Shown here piece after piece: positions 1-13,902 of a stretch of 64,000 nt of DNA (the stretch's first letter is position 1; each line of letters starts with the position of its first letter). Source of the DNA: Squalus acanthias (taxonomy: Eukaryota). Both the position numbers and the translations under genes were made by a program. The stretch is from the NCBI GenBank assembly GCA_030390025.1, contig CM059433.1:1054001-1118000 (forward strand), given 5' to 3'. The notes under the pieces are model-generated. The model was given only the letters and a program-made list of their open reading frames with translations. It made no database searches and was not told where the DNA came from.

Positions 1-169
1 GGGGGGCATACCAGATACTGGGCTTGCTTGTTAAAATATAGCAGGTGTGTCCAATTTAATAGAGCAGTCGGCCCAATGAGTGAGTGGACCATGTATGATT
101 AACTTGCTTTTGTGGAATAATAATTAAACATCACATCCAACTCCCAATATATTCTGTGCTTCTTTTTTT

Positions 170-960
170 TCATTTGTTTATGGGATGTGGACGTCGCTGG
201 CAAGGCCAGCATTTATTGCCCATCCCTAATTGCCCTTGAGAAGGTGGTGGTGAGCTGCCTTCTTGAACCGCTGCAGTCCGTGTGATGAAGGTACTCCACA
301 GTGCTGTTAGGGAGGGAGTTCCAGGATTTTGACCCAGCGACGATGAAGGAACGGCGATATATTTCCAAGCATGGTGTGTGACTTGAAGAGGAACTTGGAG
401 GTGGTGGTGTTCCCACGCGCCTGCTGCCCTTGTCCTTCTAGGTGGAAGAGGTAGCGGGTTGGGGGATCTAGAACGAGGGGTCACAGTCTCAGGACATTTA
501 GGACTGAGATGAGGAGAAATTTATTCACTCAGAGGGTGGTGAACCTGTGGAACTCTCTACCACAGAACGCTGTGGAGGCCAAGTCACTGAATATATTTAA
601 GAAGGAGATAGATAGATTTCTAGACACAAAAGGCATCAAGGGGTATGGGGAGAGAGCGGGAATATGGTACTGAGATAGAGGATCAGCCATGATCATATTG
701 AATGGCGGAGCAGGCTCGAAGGGCCGAATGGCCTACTCCTGCTCCTAATTTTCTATGTTTCTATGTTTGGAAGGTGCTGTCGAAGAAGCCTTGGCGAGTT
801 GCTGCAGTGCATCTTGTAGATGGTACACACTGCAGCCACGGTGTGCCGGTGGTGGAGGGAGTGAATGTTTAAGGTGGTGGATGGGGTGCCAATCAAGTGG
901 GCTGCTTTGTCCTGGATGGTGTCGAGCTTCTTGAGTGTTGTTGGAGTGGCACTCATCCAT
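170..960 (-). mobile_element. 3' end of a shark CR1/L2-group LINE, interrupted by a CR1 fragment
   Basis: ORF2 C-terminus LDTIQDKAAHLIG...HSLHHRHTVA; tail GGGCAATAAATGCTGGCCTTGCCAGCGAC recurs at 13840, 28570 and 35860. Confidence 0.75.
461..766 (+). mobile_element. CR1 LINE 3' fragment
   Basis: Matches the 3' end of the CR1 at 28890-29895; ends in TTCTATGT repeats. Confidence 0.85.
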
Positions 961-3900
961 CTTGGAAACATTGGGCAAAATGCCACTTCCATCTGCTTTA
1001 CTTCTGTCTGTCTGTCTGTCTCTCTATTCCATTGACTTCTATGTCTGTCTCGCTCATCATTCACTTCTGTCCCACTCCCTCCTTCACATCTGCCCTTGGA
1101 CTCCTTGGGCTATTTCTGGCACATCCGCACAATAAAAGTGGCTACACTTCAAAAGTAATTCATTGATTGTGAAGTGCTTTAGGACACCCTGAGGACACCA
1201 TAAAGTGCTATATAAATGCATGTTTGTTCTGTCTTGCAGAAATGCCAAAGTAAAAAATGCTGATAGATATTCTTTAAGTCTGCCCCCAGTGGCTAATATA
1301 AAGCTGTCTAGTGGAGCTTCACTGTTTTCGAATCCCAGCAATTCACTGGCTGAAACCTACCAATGTGGAATTAACATCCATTTTACAAAGTTTTTTTAAA
1401 CTCTCATACAAATTTTTTTTGTTTTTCTTTTCTCCCGTTTGCTCCTGAAGGCGTTTCTTCTCTTACTGGATACCTGGCCCATGAGACCATTCTTCATCTC
1501 TGAGCCCTGACACTGAGTGTTGTCAGGCAATCTGTCTGTGGAGGACAACACAGCTGAGCCTGATTCTGCCTTACCTGATGCCTGCACATGTGCACTTCCA
1601 GCAGCTGTATAATGGTCAGGAGCAGGAAGCCTGGCAGGTATTTCCCTTCACTAATGCGCTGCAACTAATAGTAATACCCTTTCTGCTGTCTCAGCTGACA
1701 CCAGTTAACTCAGCATTGAACTGGGACCTTCCTGGCCTCTATAGTTCTGAGGAGATCGAATTTCTTCTGATGTTACATCGGACCTGGATGGGCAGGGACC
1801 AGAAATTCAGATGGGGAGCTGTTCTGCCAACCACTTCCAGGATTGCCTGCTGAATGTGACAGTGGGCGTACAATAGGTCTGCCCAAATAAGACACAAATA
1901 ATGGGGATATGATTAATTGCACTCGCCAAGGAGGAAGGTTCGAAACTAATTTTTAATTACCTTTGCCCGCATGCTACATTGTGCCAGGCACTGAGCAACA
2001 TCTCTTCCCCCCTCCCTGCCCACCCCATCTGAGGTGGGGAACCAAGCAATGGTGGAAACTTTAGGGAGCCCACCCAAATGACTCAATTCACCCTGACCAA
2101 GGTCAGGGTTGTAGACGTGGGGTGGGTAGAAGTGCCGCCCCACCTAGGATCCATCGCCACGACTTTACCTCTCAACCATCAGGGGAACTCTTGTGCAACT
2201 TTTATGTTATGCTAGGCAAAGGACCCAAGTACCTTTTTAATTTGCCCGTATGCGATCTTGCTTTGTGAACGGCAAATAAAATGCTTAAAAATGCATAGCA
2301 CACTGCAAATATATTTTGCACTTAAAAAACTCAGAAAATGTTTTTGAAAGACAGTCAGTGTATTTCTGCTATCCATTGTGTAAAATGTTCACTGATCACA
2401 GCTAGACAGTAAACGGATTTGCAATGATCCTCATAGATCATTGCTCAACGCCCAGCCCCAAGGTAAAATAGACATAAAAACCAAACTCAAGAAATGGTGA
2501 AACTGGGTGACACCTTGTAGTGAAAATGATCCAATGACCTACAAATGGTTCCATAATGAAGGTATATGTGACAAAATGGTTTATCATGTTCCATCATGTG
2601 TCATTGAAGAAGAAAGAACATTTTGGGTGGATTTCTGTTCAAAAGCAGTTCCTTGTCATTGCTTTAAAAAATAAAATCACAATAAACTTGCCTGCTATAA
2701 ACTAACATTAATATTGTGGGCTTGAGGAAATCATCATTTTGGGCTCCTTCCCTCCTCATGAGCCCCTTTCATGGTGGCAGTTCGGGGAATAACCCTGCTT
2801 AATCCCAGAGCATTTCCATTCATTTCAATGGGAACCAGAGCTTTAAGTCAGCCTGGGAGCTAAATGTCGGCGGTAAAACAGCCCAGCGGCGAGGTATGCG
2901 GCACTCTGAGCTGGGAAAAAGCAGAGTATTTCCTGATTGGCTTCCAGGGACAGCGGAGGAGTAAAGGAGACTCAAAATGGCTGGTCTTCACAAGGCCACA
3001 AAATCAACATTATTTCACAGAGGTATTTAATGTACAACATTTGTGATGATATCTTTTCAAACACAAACGAATGGAGTACTTTGAACAGAAAGACCTGGAA
3101 ATTGCTGGTGTGAACTGGGCACAGGGAACGTTTCCTGCTCCAGAAGGTGTAGGCTCCAGGCAAACCCGATATTGGGCCTCATTTCAATGAGGCTGGTGAT
3201 ATGCAGACCTCCGCAGAGCATTTCCCAAGCAGCTTGCTGGTGAAGAGGATTTCAATTTTGAGCCACTGAATTGGAAGAAAGGGGTGGGGGGAGATCAGAA
3301 AGGGGCTGAGTGGGGACTGGCAACGGTCTTCATCACTGCAGTGGGCCCAGGAGGAGCACTCTCTCTCCTCGCGACTCCACTTTCAGGTAAGCACTTTTTA
3401 AACAAGTGCACCTTATTGGTGGCAGCCTCCAGCGGTCCCTTTAAGGATTGCTGGTGAGGCTGAATGTAGGCCTCATTTTCCTGAACGCAGCCGGCCCAGC
3501 ACTGGCTGCATTCAGGGCAGCCTAATTTTGCAAAGGGGGCCTCAAACCAGCATTGGGACCCCTATTTGCATATGCTAAATGGTCTAACAACTGTTTTAGG
3601 AACATGCCCTGGACGCCTCTTTTTTAGTCATTAGCAATATTGCGGGCAGCGCAGTTCTGGCACGTAATGAGCGAGCGCACATCGCCGCCATATTAATGCC
3701 TGAAAAAGTGTCGCGGAGCCATCGAATATCTAGGCCAAAGTGTAATCCCATGACTTTCTTTTCTCTTCTTTCACCCATGCGATTGTGCATGTTTGATTGC
3801 TTTAATTTTCTTTACTGGAATCCAAACTATTTTTGAAATAGGAAACATTTCAAACAGGGGTTATAATCGAGACTCTGGGCCAATAATTCCTAGCTAACAG

Positions 3901-4708
3901 GATGTGGGAGCACCTTCACCACACATTCAAGAAGAAGGCAATGGTAATGGAAATCGCAAGCGATGTCTATAATGTAACGTGTAACGGGCAGCTGAATTGA
4001 TTTTGCCCATTTTACACCATCACCCAAAGTGTTAATATATAGATGTGTGATGGGTTCATTCGGGCGGAGTTCCACATGTCAAGAATTTTTCCAACCGGAG
4101 AATGAGACCCAGATACTGCCATGCTGCACAGGTCAACACATTTGTCTTTTGGAAACAGTTTATTAGCTGCCAATGGAAAGCTCATTACCCGAGGGAGGAT
4201 CCAATTAAATAGCCAGGCTGCAGTTTCTGGATATTTAAGGGGCCAGCAGACCTGTCATCTTTGAGTCCAGCTTCGAGGTGGGATAAGGTGAAGACAAACC
4301 CAGCACAGCACAACAACACTGTTGTGGTGACTCCTAGAATCCTTTTGGTCACCAAGTCATTTGAACAGAAGGCTCAGTAAAATCTCATTACGCTGTCCAT
4401 TACAGCAAAGGGCAATCGCATGTGCCAGTTAATACCATATTCACCTATCAAAACCACTCAACAACCTTAGGAAGCGGTACACAGACTTATACAATTATAA
4501 GACACAATAAATCATCAGTTATACCATCTTTTGTCACACCATACATACATACATACATACGTATATGGCAACGTACACCATCAACCATTCCCATTATATA
4601 AGCCTATGTTACCTTAGGCCTAATTAGAAATATGAGGAACAGAGGAGTCACAAACAAAGATGGTGCTACACACACATTTATTGCATTTTTTGCATGGGTG
4701 AAATATGT

Positions 4709-4795
4709 CCCCTCTGTATGCTGCTCATCCCCTCTGTATCCTGCTCATCCCCTCTGTATCCTACTCATCCCCTCTGTATCCTGCTCATCCCCTCT
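4709..4795. repeat. 20-bp minisatellite (CCCTCTGTATCCTGCTCATC), about 4 copies
   Basis: Direct inspection. Confidence 0.85.
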
Positions 4796-7158
4796 ACTTC
4801 TCACCAGTATATGTCTGGAACATTTGATACTCCCCATTTGGTACCTGTGCCACTGGAATAGCACCATGGGATCTTGAACATCCACTTGAACTAATGGAGC
4901 AGGTAGACAGGACCTTTGTTAACATCTCATCCAAAGAATGGCATTTCTGGCAAGGCAATATTCCCTCAGTACCGCACTGGAGTAGCAGCCTGAATCCTTT
5001 CCCTAAACACATGCTTTTTAGAATATAGGCCTTATGTCAGATATAAGAACACTCAGAGCATTGTGGAGAAGTATCTTCAGGTGGGCTAGAATCTGGATTC
5101 CACTTCATCCAACCATTGGTCCAGCACATTATGGATATCAGAGATGGAAGCACTTATCACAGAGTTGTGGGTATTTATCTTGGCATGGAGCTATCTGAGA
5201 TGGATGTCTCCATCCTGCTCAGGTTTTCTTCCACCATTATGTGCATGGTGGCTATAACATTGTGCATATGGTTCTGGTGTGCCATTACTTAAAAGTTGGT
5301 CCACTAATTCTTTTTTTGAGTCTCAGGTCTAGGACTACAATCCCTCATTGAATTATAAACCACCTTCAGGTTGTCATGGCAGATAGACTCAATTCAGCTT
5401 TTGATCACATTCATCTGAGTTGGTAGATGGTTCTCATTTTGATGTCATAACTGAAAAGAACAGCCCCTCCAGCAGTGCAGCACTCCTTTACTATGGCCTG
5501 CACTGAAGCATCAGCCTAGATTACGTGCTCAGGTCGCTGGAGTGGAGTATAATCGTGAAAAGTTTGTTCCTTACAGAGGTAAAGAAGCTCATTTCCTGCT
5601 TTTAAAGGGACTAAACTGCGATAATCACTGTTCTGTTATGATTGATTGACATTCGATGAACAGTAATCGGTATGCAGATGCTGAGAGGAAACTTCAGTGC
5701 TTCCAGCTGTTTGTGAATTGTTCACGCTCGGCAATAGATCTGTTACGGCCTAAATTTATGATGTGGAATTTTGGCCCCCTGCTATGGTTTCTTACAGAGT
5801 AGGTTCCTGATCTGAACCAGGCCATCTGAGTAAAAGGAACACAGATCAGCACAGACCCTCTTAAATGCTTGGTAGCATCCCATTTAAGAGGGGATCATTT
5901 TACAACATTGCATTCCCGGCAGATAAGGCTCCCAGCCGGGAATGCATGTTGGGAATTCAGGTGTGTGCTCCCTATTCATTTTAATGGATGGAAAATGATA
6001 GGGATTGGATGCCAAAAATTCCTATTATGTGCTTCCGGCTAGAGAGAGGCTTCCCACCGAGACCACATTTCATAAAATTACCCCAGAGCTCTCCTGTCCG
6101 AGCCAGGGGATGGGACTTGTTGCGAGAGAGCCTAAACAGACAGAATAATGCATGGAATGTAAATTATACCTTTGTGCAAATGTTTCTTCCTCCCAAATAC
6201 ATTTGTCTTGCCGATGTATCAGTGCGATTTATAATCTAGGCTTTAGTGTAATGGTCATTGTTAGGTATTTTATTATGGTAAATACATCGGCCTGGAAACG
6301 GCCGTGCAGTGGGTGGGGCAGGTGGGGCAAACGCCTGTTCACTCTGGGCGAGGTGACCACATGAAATTGGTGCTGCCAGCTCATTATACTGAGACATGTG
6401 TGCAGCCAGCATTGCCCACGTTGCTCATCGTCTGCGCACCTATTGGAGGGGTGGGGTGGGGTTCAGGAAATCGGGCGTCACCGAGGCGATTTAAAGTCAG
6501 TCTACACCTCTTAAAGGGGAAGTCCACTCTGCCTGGAGGCAGCAGGAAACGCTTTTTAACTGGCAACAGCTGCATATCAGGCTCCCGGGTTCTCTGATGT
6601 GGCTTTGCAGGCCCTGCTCCAAATAGTGGACAGGAGGAGGGAGATCCTGTCTTCCCCCATCAAGGAGGCAGAAAGCCCTGACATCCCGCTGCCAGTGGAA
6701 AGAGGTCAACGCCAGGAGCTTAGCACCCAGGACATGGCTGCAATGCTGAGTTGTCAAGGTAAGAATCTTACCTCTCACCTCAATTACTCTCTCCTCACAC
6801 CTGCATCATCTCCAGCCTCACTGCTCACAATACTCCCCTCCCCTGCTTTCATTCACTCTCCGACAATCACTGCACCACTCTTCACTCCACCTCCTTCTCC
6901 TCCCACTCACACACATTGCACATCCTACTCTCACCACTATTGTAGCCCTCACATCCCTGCACCTCACATCTTCCACACTACATACAAACTACTCCATCAT
7001 GATAGGCACATTCTCTAAACATCCCACAAGGATGTCACTCACACACTCCCTTCTTTCTTGCAGGAGAAGGCCGCACACAAATTGCAACAAGAGACTGCGA
7101 GCAGAGGAGGCTGAGGCCGCCTGCACATCCTGCCGGTCCCCTGTGGAAGAAAACGTGT

Positions 7159-7368
7159 TGGCAATCACGGGCAGAGGCCGTGGATGGTGGCAATCACGGG
7201 CAGAGGCCGTGGATGGTGGCAATCATGGGCAGAGGCCGTGGATGGTGGCAATCACGGGCAGAGGCCGTGGATGGTGGCAATCACGGGCAGAGGCCGTGGA
7301 TGTTGGCAATCACGGGCAGAGGCCGTGGATGTTGGCAATCACGGGCAGAGGCCGTGGATGGTGGCAAT
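7159..7368. repeat. 29-bp minisatellite (TGGCAATCACGGGCAGAGGCCGTGGATGG), about 7 copies
   Basis: Direct inspection; explains the frame-cycling repetitive ORFs. Confidence 0.92.
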
Positions 7369-7732
7369 GCTGGAGGAGATGTCGCCCAGAGTTTCTTCAC
7401 ACCTAATTCTCCTTTTCTGTTCTTAGTTCTATCTCACCCTACACACTCTGCATGACAAACTGCAGCTGCTTTCATGAGCCACTTCGCTCTCTGCTGTCCC
7501 TTCACACTAAAAGTGAACACTTGTTCTCCTCGTTCACAAGTGCTGCAAAGGTGAAGATACCTCTGCCACTTCAGAATGAGGTGGCCAGCCTTCCTGAAGC
7601 TGCATCGTCACTCGAACAGACCCTAGCTGGCACCAGCTCAGGGTCCGGCACCACGTGTACTTTAGAGGGTAGGCTAGAGGAGAGGTCTTCACATGGTGAA
7701 TCACTGGCCACAAGTGTGCAGGAGCTAGGGTA

Positions 7733-8040
7733 TCGGTGCAACATCCCCACCGACACCTGGGAATCCCTGGCCCAAGACTGTACAAAGTGGAGGAGAAGCA
7801 CCCGGGAAGGCGCCGAATACCTCGAGTCTCTTCGCCGGGAGCAAGCGGAAGCCAAGCGCAAACAGCGGAAGGAGCGCACGCCAACCCAAGCACCCCACCC
7901 ACCCGCCCCTTCAACCACCGTCTGCTCCACCTGTGACAGAGACTGTAGGTCCCGCATTGGACTCATCAGTCACCTGAGAACTAATTTTTAATGTGGAAGC
8001 AAGTCATCCTCGGTTCCGAGGGACTGCCTAAGAAGAAGAG
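7733..8040 (+). mobile_element. RTE-clade LINE 3' fragment inserted in the Harbinger element
   Basis: CNIPTDTWESLAQD...CDRDCRSRIGLISHLRT; (GAA)n tail; near-identical to 30953-31250. Confidence 0.9.
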
Positions 8041-8809
8041 GGGGATAGGATGCCACAGGTGCCACCTCTCCGGAGGGCGTCAACGCACACTAGCTCTGCT
8101 GCAGAGAACTCAGATGCAGCCTTCGAGGGCCCAGACTAATAAAGAAAGCTGATTGTCATAAACCAGGAAATGCTCGGTAACCTGAGAAGCCTGCCAGTGA
8201 GCTTGGACACAATGGCTCAGAGCATGGAGGAGTGCGGCTCCAACTTGTGCCAGGGCTTTGCGCAGAGCATGGAAACCATTCTCTTAAGCATGGTCAGCTC
8301 CATGAATGCGATAGTGGAGCCCACCATGAAGGAGCCTCTGCTAAGAGCTTCCATATCAGCTCACACTACTGCCAGGGAAGCTCAAATTGCTGCCACCTTG
8401 GCTCTGGGAGCCAGTGTCGACAGGGGCTTCCTGAGCATCACATCACTCCTGCGCTCCAGGCCCAGGGCTGCTCAGGGTCATCCAGGATGGCCACCTGAAG
8501 TGTCTTCAATGGAAACTCAGCAACCTTCCCCCTCCCAAGCTGTAGCCACTGGGGCTACACTTCGAAGGAGCACTAGGATAGGTCATCAAGCACTCGGGAG
8601 TTGCACAAGTGTCATTCTTAATTATTCCAGTTAATTGTTATTCACATCTGAAGTGAGTTGTTGAAGTAAAGTTTTGCTTTTCTACATTTAATGTTGGTGT
8701 TCATATTTGTAGAAAGTTGAGGGTAAGAACCATGTGGCTGGACTGAAGGATGGTGATGATGAGGATTGTGGGACCATTAGTGTATTGGGGTGGTGGGGGG
8801 ATGGTTCAG

Positions 8810-9900
8810 GTGAAGCGCTTTTGGATCAGTTGCTCTGAGAGTTCTGGCAGCTAGAGGCACTGGTGATCGATGCTGCTCTTGCTTTTCCCTCTCTTAGTGC
8901 TACACTTCCTCCTCCTCCTCCATTTCTTGTTGCCCAGGTGACGGTCCCTTGTTGTAGCCAAGTTATGCAGCATGCAGCACACGACCACAAATGGGGAAAC
9001 ACTGTCATGGGTGCACCGCAGGGCTTCTCCCGAATGGTCCAAGCAGCAGAAGCATTGCTTAAGCCTGCCGATGGTCTGCTCAATGTTATATCTGGTGGCA
9101 GCATGGCTCAATTGTAGGCTTGCTTTGCCTCTGTGCACAGGTTCCTGACAGGAGTCATAAGCCATGTCTGGAAGGGATATCCCTTGTTACCAAGCAGCCA
9201 GCTTCTGACCTGACAGCCTGGCTGGAATAAAGGTGGCACAGAGGATTGGTACAGGTTGAATGAATTATGACTGCTGCCAGGAAACTGGGCACAGACCTGC
9301 ATGATGCACTGCACATTCAGGGAGTGGTATCCCTTTCTATTGATAAAGATGCTAGGCTTGTGATGGGGAGCATGCAGTGCGATGCAGATGCAGTCTATGG
9401 CACCTTTGTCCCTTGTGCAAGCCTAGAATGCGAGCAAAACCAAGTGCTCTCTTGTTCAGCTCCACTCTGTCCACGGGGAATGTGATGTATTTGTTCCTCC
9501 TGGTGTAGAGAGCCTCGGTCACTTCCCTGATTCAACGGTACACAGCAAACTGCAATACGTTGCTGATGTCACCTTGTGCATCCTGGAACGGTCCCGTTAT
9601 TTAACAATTAAGGGTCATGGTGACCTTGACAGTCACAGTCAGTGCTGTCCACACGCTGGTTTGAATCACCATTGTGACTAGATGCAGAAACAGCAGGTGA
9701 CATAGCTCGGTGACAGACACCATGGTAAATTGCAGGTGCTTCACACGTTGCTCCTTGGTGAAGTTGGGGTATAAGAAGTGCTCCTAGAAGACCCTCCGTG
9801 GTTATGAGGAGTGAGACTGTGGTCCTGCCCAGTGCCCTCCTCCTCCCTCTTCTCCCAAATGCTCCTGCTCTCTCGTGTCTTTGTCATTGCTGCTCCTCCC
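8810..9900 (-). pseudogene. Harbinger (HARBI1-like) DDE transposase pseudogene
   Basis: WLLGNKGYPFQTWLMTP, HAATRYNIEQTIGRLKQCFCCLD and VVCCMLHNLA across frames with stops. Confidence 0.85.
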
Positions 9901-11759
9901 CCTGCAGTCCCAAAGGCAGACCCACCAGACCACCCATGAGTGGAATAAACTCTTTCCAAAGCAGATAAAAGCAGTCCAGCGGCAGCAGAAATTTGTTTTC
10001 AGAACTCATAAATTACGTGCGAAACGCAGAAAATAGGCAAAGAAAGGCCCAGAACTGAACTAGCAACTAGGAGGCCAAACCACCAGTTAACCTGTATGGA
10101 GGATTACCGCTCCTGCACGGCCCTCCCTGCCTGTTTGGAGGATTACCACTCCTGCACGGCCCTCCCTGCCTGTTAGCACCACTAGCTGCTGAGTGAGTTT
10201 ATCCCGTGGCGAGTTAAATGCTGTGGCAGCCCAATTTCAAAACAGGGTCCTACAAAAAGTGTGCGACCCTTATTTGAATGTTTCAATGCCTTTTTTGAAT
10301 GCTGGTGCCACAAGCCTGATGCAATATGGTGGCAGCGCACTTACCCACCATACTGGGCCCTTAGGTGCTGGTTACTCACCTGATAAACAGGTGTGCTGCG
10401 TTCTAGGCAATCATGTTCTGAATAAGATGTGCTCCTCACACAGCCTCTGATAACAGCGTAGATTGCAAACACTGCCCCAGTGTGCAGGAACCCAGCTCCG
10501 TCCAGTTCCAGCGACAGATTACTAACCAGGCATTGCATGCCTTCTGCCCAAACAGGCATGAAGGTGGATTGTAAACGTTCCCCTTTGAGACTCAGCAACA
10601 TTAGTAAGAATTTCCTTTGCAAATTTATCAAAACATGTTAATTATGAAACACAGTCATCATTCAGGGGGAATCACCATTAAGTGAATACTTTGTTTGGCA
10701 AACAAGCTTTTCACTTCATAGAATGCAACCTCATGTCACTTCAAAGAGAATACCTTGTTAAACTGTATTAAAACCTAACTACTTTTAACTGGCAAGAGTA
10801 AATATTTTGTGAAGGCATTCTATAGGATTTCTGACAAGCTGTTACTGACGAATGGTCATCGATCTTGTAACATTTTGCAATGTTTGCTTGTTGTATAGAT
10901 ACAGAAGTTGTAATAGCTTGACAGTGCAAACAGCCAGTTCAATTAACCAGTAGATAAGATTTTGTCCTGAGTAGGGAATAGATTTCCAGATATGTACCTG
11001 AGTTATCCCTCTCAAAAAGTGACCCTGCAAGAACTCATGGGGATTATTTCCCAAGAATATCCAACACTCTGTACTGCTGACAACCAGATGTGGAGTGATC
11101 CACGACCTAACTGACCTTGTCACCTGACATCAGATCTTCAGGACATCTTGTCAGAGATTTGCCTATCATTCTTCCAAATTGACAGGAATTGCACAACCAA
11201 TCCTTTACGTTTGCTCCTAATGTCAGGCTCAATGTCAGATGAAAGGAGCTCGGAGACAAGAGAAGGAACGTAAATTATGAAACAGTGAGCTGGCTGGGTC
11301 AATGGAAATTCATTAGGCTCAAAATCTGGCTACATGACTTTAGATGGAACAACTTTAAAGCATCCTGTAGTCTCAGAATTTAGCACAATAACCTGTTTAT
11401 ATTTCATAGCGTATCATTAAAGAAGTAATATCCTACCTTTAGCATCAATGTAAACATCTAAATTGCCACAGGGCAGTTAAATGTGTTACAAATAAAATAA
11501 ACCATGTGTGTTGTAGTTATTGGTCTAATCATTATAGTCGGATCATTATAAATGATTTATTCGTTATTGGTTTTCTACTTGTAAAATGATAATAAAGGAA
11601 ATTGAACAGTATGCAGACTATGTACCATTATTATCTGCGTAGTACATAAAAAAGTACATAATGTGATCAAGGTCACAGCAGATAGCGAGATTGCCCTTTC
11701 TACATTATTCAATGTCTAGATTGATGTTGTAGAGGAGAAGGTGAAAAGGTAATTGTCGT

Positions 11760-12620
11760 TATGCTCAGCCATTGCTTAGTAGGTAGCACTCTCTCGCCTC
11801 TGAGTCAGAAGTCAGAATCTCACTCCAGAGATTTGAGCACAAAAATTTAGGCTGACACACCAGTGCAGTACTGAGGGAGCACTGCACTGTCAGAGGGGCA
11901 GTACTGAGGGAGCACTGCACTGTCGGAGGGGCAGTACTGAGGGAGCACTGCACTGTCGGAGGGGCAGTACTGAGGGAGCACTGCACTGTCGGAGGGGCAG
12001 TATTGAGGGAGCGCTGCACTGTCGGAGGGGCAGTACTGAGGGAGCGCTGCACTGTCAGAGGGGCAGTACTGAGGGTGTGCTGCACTGTCGGAGGGGCAGT
12101 ACTGAGGGTGTGCTGCACTGTCGGGGGGGCAGTACTGAGGGAGCGCTGCACTGTCGGAGGGGCAGTACTGAGGGAGCGCTGCACTGTCGGAGGGGTAGTA
12201 CTGAGGGAGCGCTGCACTGTCGGAGGGACGGTACTGAGGGAGCACTGCACTGTCGGAGGGGCAGTACTGAGGGAGCGCTGCACTGTCGGAGGTGCTGTCT
12301 TTCGAATGAGATGTTAAACCGAGGCCCCCTCTGCTCTCTCAGGTGGACGTAAAAGATCTCATAACATTATTTCCAAGAAGAGCAGGGGAGTTATCCCTGG
12401 TGTCCTGGCCAATATTTATCCCTCAACCAACATCACTAAAAAACAGCTTACCTGGTAATTTATCACATTGCTGTTCGTGGGAGCTTGCTGTGCGCAAATT
12501 GGCTGCTGCGTTTCCTGCATTACAACAGGGACTACACTTCAAAAGTACTTAATTGGTTGTGAAGCACTTTGGGACGTCCTGAGGTTGTGAAAGGTGCTAC
12601 ATAAATGCAAATCTTTCTTA
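11760..12620 (+). mobile_element. tRNA-derived Deu-domain SINE (SacSINE1-like) with an internal 33-bp tandem expansion
   Basis: tRNA-like head, Deu-type core GGTGCTGTCTTTCGAATGAGATGTTAAACCGAGG, L2-like tail; other copies at 28670-30128 and 48175-48790. Confidence 0.8.
11866..12292. repeat. 33-bp tandem repeat, about 13 copies
   Basis: Unit GCAGTACTGAGGGAGCRCTGCACTGTCGGAGGG; present as a single copy in the other SINEs. Confidence 0.93.
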
Positions 12621-12769
12621 TGAAACAGACCTTAATTGGATGCATTACATTTCCGGAACTTTTGATTATTTTCTCCAGAAACAATCTGGTAAAGAGTTCC
12701 TTTAAATCGGTTTAAAAGCATAATCTATTCACGCAACTTAAGAAAATAAGGGCTCTGAGACAATACCAT

Positions 12770-13045
12770 TGAAGGCCATTGGCGGCCGTGCCTGCAGCTA
12801 TTAAGGCCCGAAGCTCTGGAATTCCCTCCATAACCGTCTCCACCTCTCCACCTCTCCACCTCGCTCTCGTCCTTTAAGGCAGCTCTTAAAACCTACCTCT
12901 TTGATCAAGCTTTTGCTCAGCTGTCCTAATATCTCCATATGTGGCTCGGTGTAAAGTTACGTTTGATAATCCTCCTGCGCGGCGCCCTGGGACGTTTTGC
13001 TCCGTTAAAGGTGCTATATAAACGCAGGTTGTTGCTGTTGTTGAT
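12770..13045 (+). mobile_element. L2 LINE 3' fragment
   Basis: Similar to the reverse complement of 58680-58930; GTT-type tail. Confidence 0.7.
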
Positions 13046-13417
13046 ATGTCGTTAAGATGCTTTGATATTATTTCCTCATACAATGTAAGTAATAAAAAAT
13101 TAGTTAGCTTGCCTCAGTAATCAGTTGTGTTGGGAGAGAGTGCGTAGCTAGTCCCAGATGTGCGGTTTTCTCTTCTGGCTGAAATAATGAGAGATAGAAA
13201 CACACAGAAACAAGCAGTTGAGAGGAGGTTTTGAAATAGAATACTGAAGCATTGAGGTCCACAAAAAGGCTGTGAGAAGAATATAATGCAGGGAGAATGA
13301 AAAATGATTGTGTTTGAGTAAAGTAAGGTGACCGACTAATGTGGGGAAGCATAGCCTTTTCATTATTTTTGTATTATAGTATTACACAAAAACAAGTTGT
13401 ATAGGTTGAATTAAGTG

Positions 13418-13583
13418 AGTGATTTTAACATTTATCACCAGGTGAAAAACAGATGATAGCAAATTGGCAGCCCGTATTACATCATTGCCTTCAATGGAAA
13501 TGAAAATTGGGCGAAGTGTTAAACAAGCTGCCAATTCACTGTCACCCATTTTTCACCCAATGATAAAAGTTAGAATTACCCCC
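13418..13583. mobile_element. Short palindromic MITE
   Basis: Imperfect inverted ends GTGATTTTAACATTTATCA ... TGATAAAAGTTAGAATTAC. Confidence 0.55.
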
Positions 13584-13734
13584 AGTGAGTCCAATCGTAC
13601 CACAGTCCATATGTTCACATTACTGCGAGACTAGTGTGAAGTAGTCGAAAGATTTGCAGGCTGATGAACAGCCTGACATAGGCTGAGTTATGATTGCTCC
13701 TTCTAAAGCCCCTATGCCAATCTGGCAATGTCAA

Positions 13735-13902
13735 AATCCTGGAACTCCCTCCCTAACAGCACTGTGGGAGTACCTTCACCACACGGACTGCAGCGGTTCA
13801 AGCAGACGGCTCACCACCACCTTCTCAAGGGCAATTAGGGATGGGCAATAAATGCTGGCCTTGCCAGCGACGCCCACATCCCATGAACGAATAAAAAAAA
13901 AA
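13735..13902 (+). mobile_element. Shark LINE 3' tail fragment
   Basis: Reverse complement of 170-330; ends in poly(A). Confidence 0.8.

Larger units (their letters stand above)
6350..10300. mobile_element. Degenerate PIF/Harbinger DNA transposon (convergent Myb/SANT-like gene on +, transposase on -); boundaries approximate
   Basis: Transposase remnants on minus; ALQALLQIVDRRREIL-type Myb/SANT remnant on plus; similar second-gene remnant at 44000-45000. Confidence 0.75.

Noticed and set aside
6999..7455. Overlapping repetitive ORFs
   Set aside because: Produced by a stop-free 29-bp minisatellite.
10842..11280. Non-repetitive stretch with a 93-aa ORF, possible host exon
   Set aside because: No recognisable protein similarity or convincing splice-site pair.
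11765..12352. Repetitive ORFs / CRISPR-like array
   Set aside because: Head-to-tail 33-bp units without unique spacers, inside a SINE in a vertebrate genome; ORFs are a by-product.
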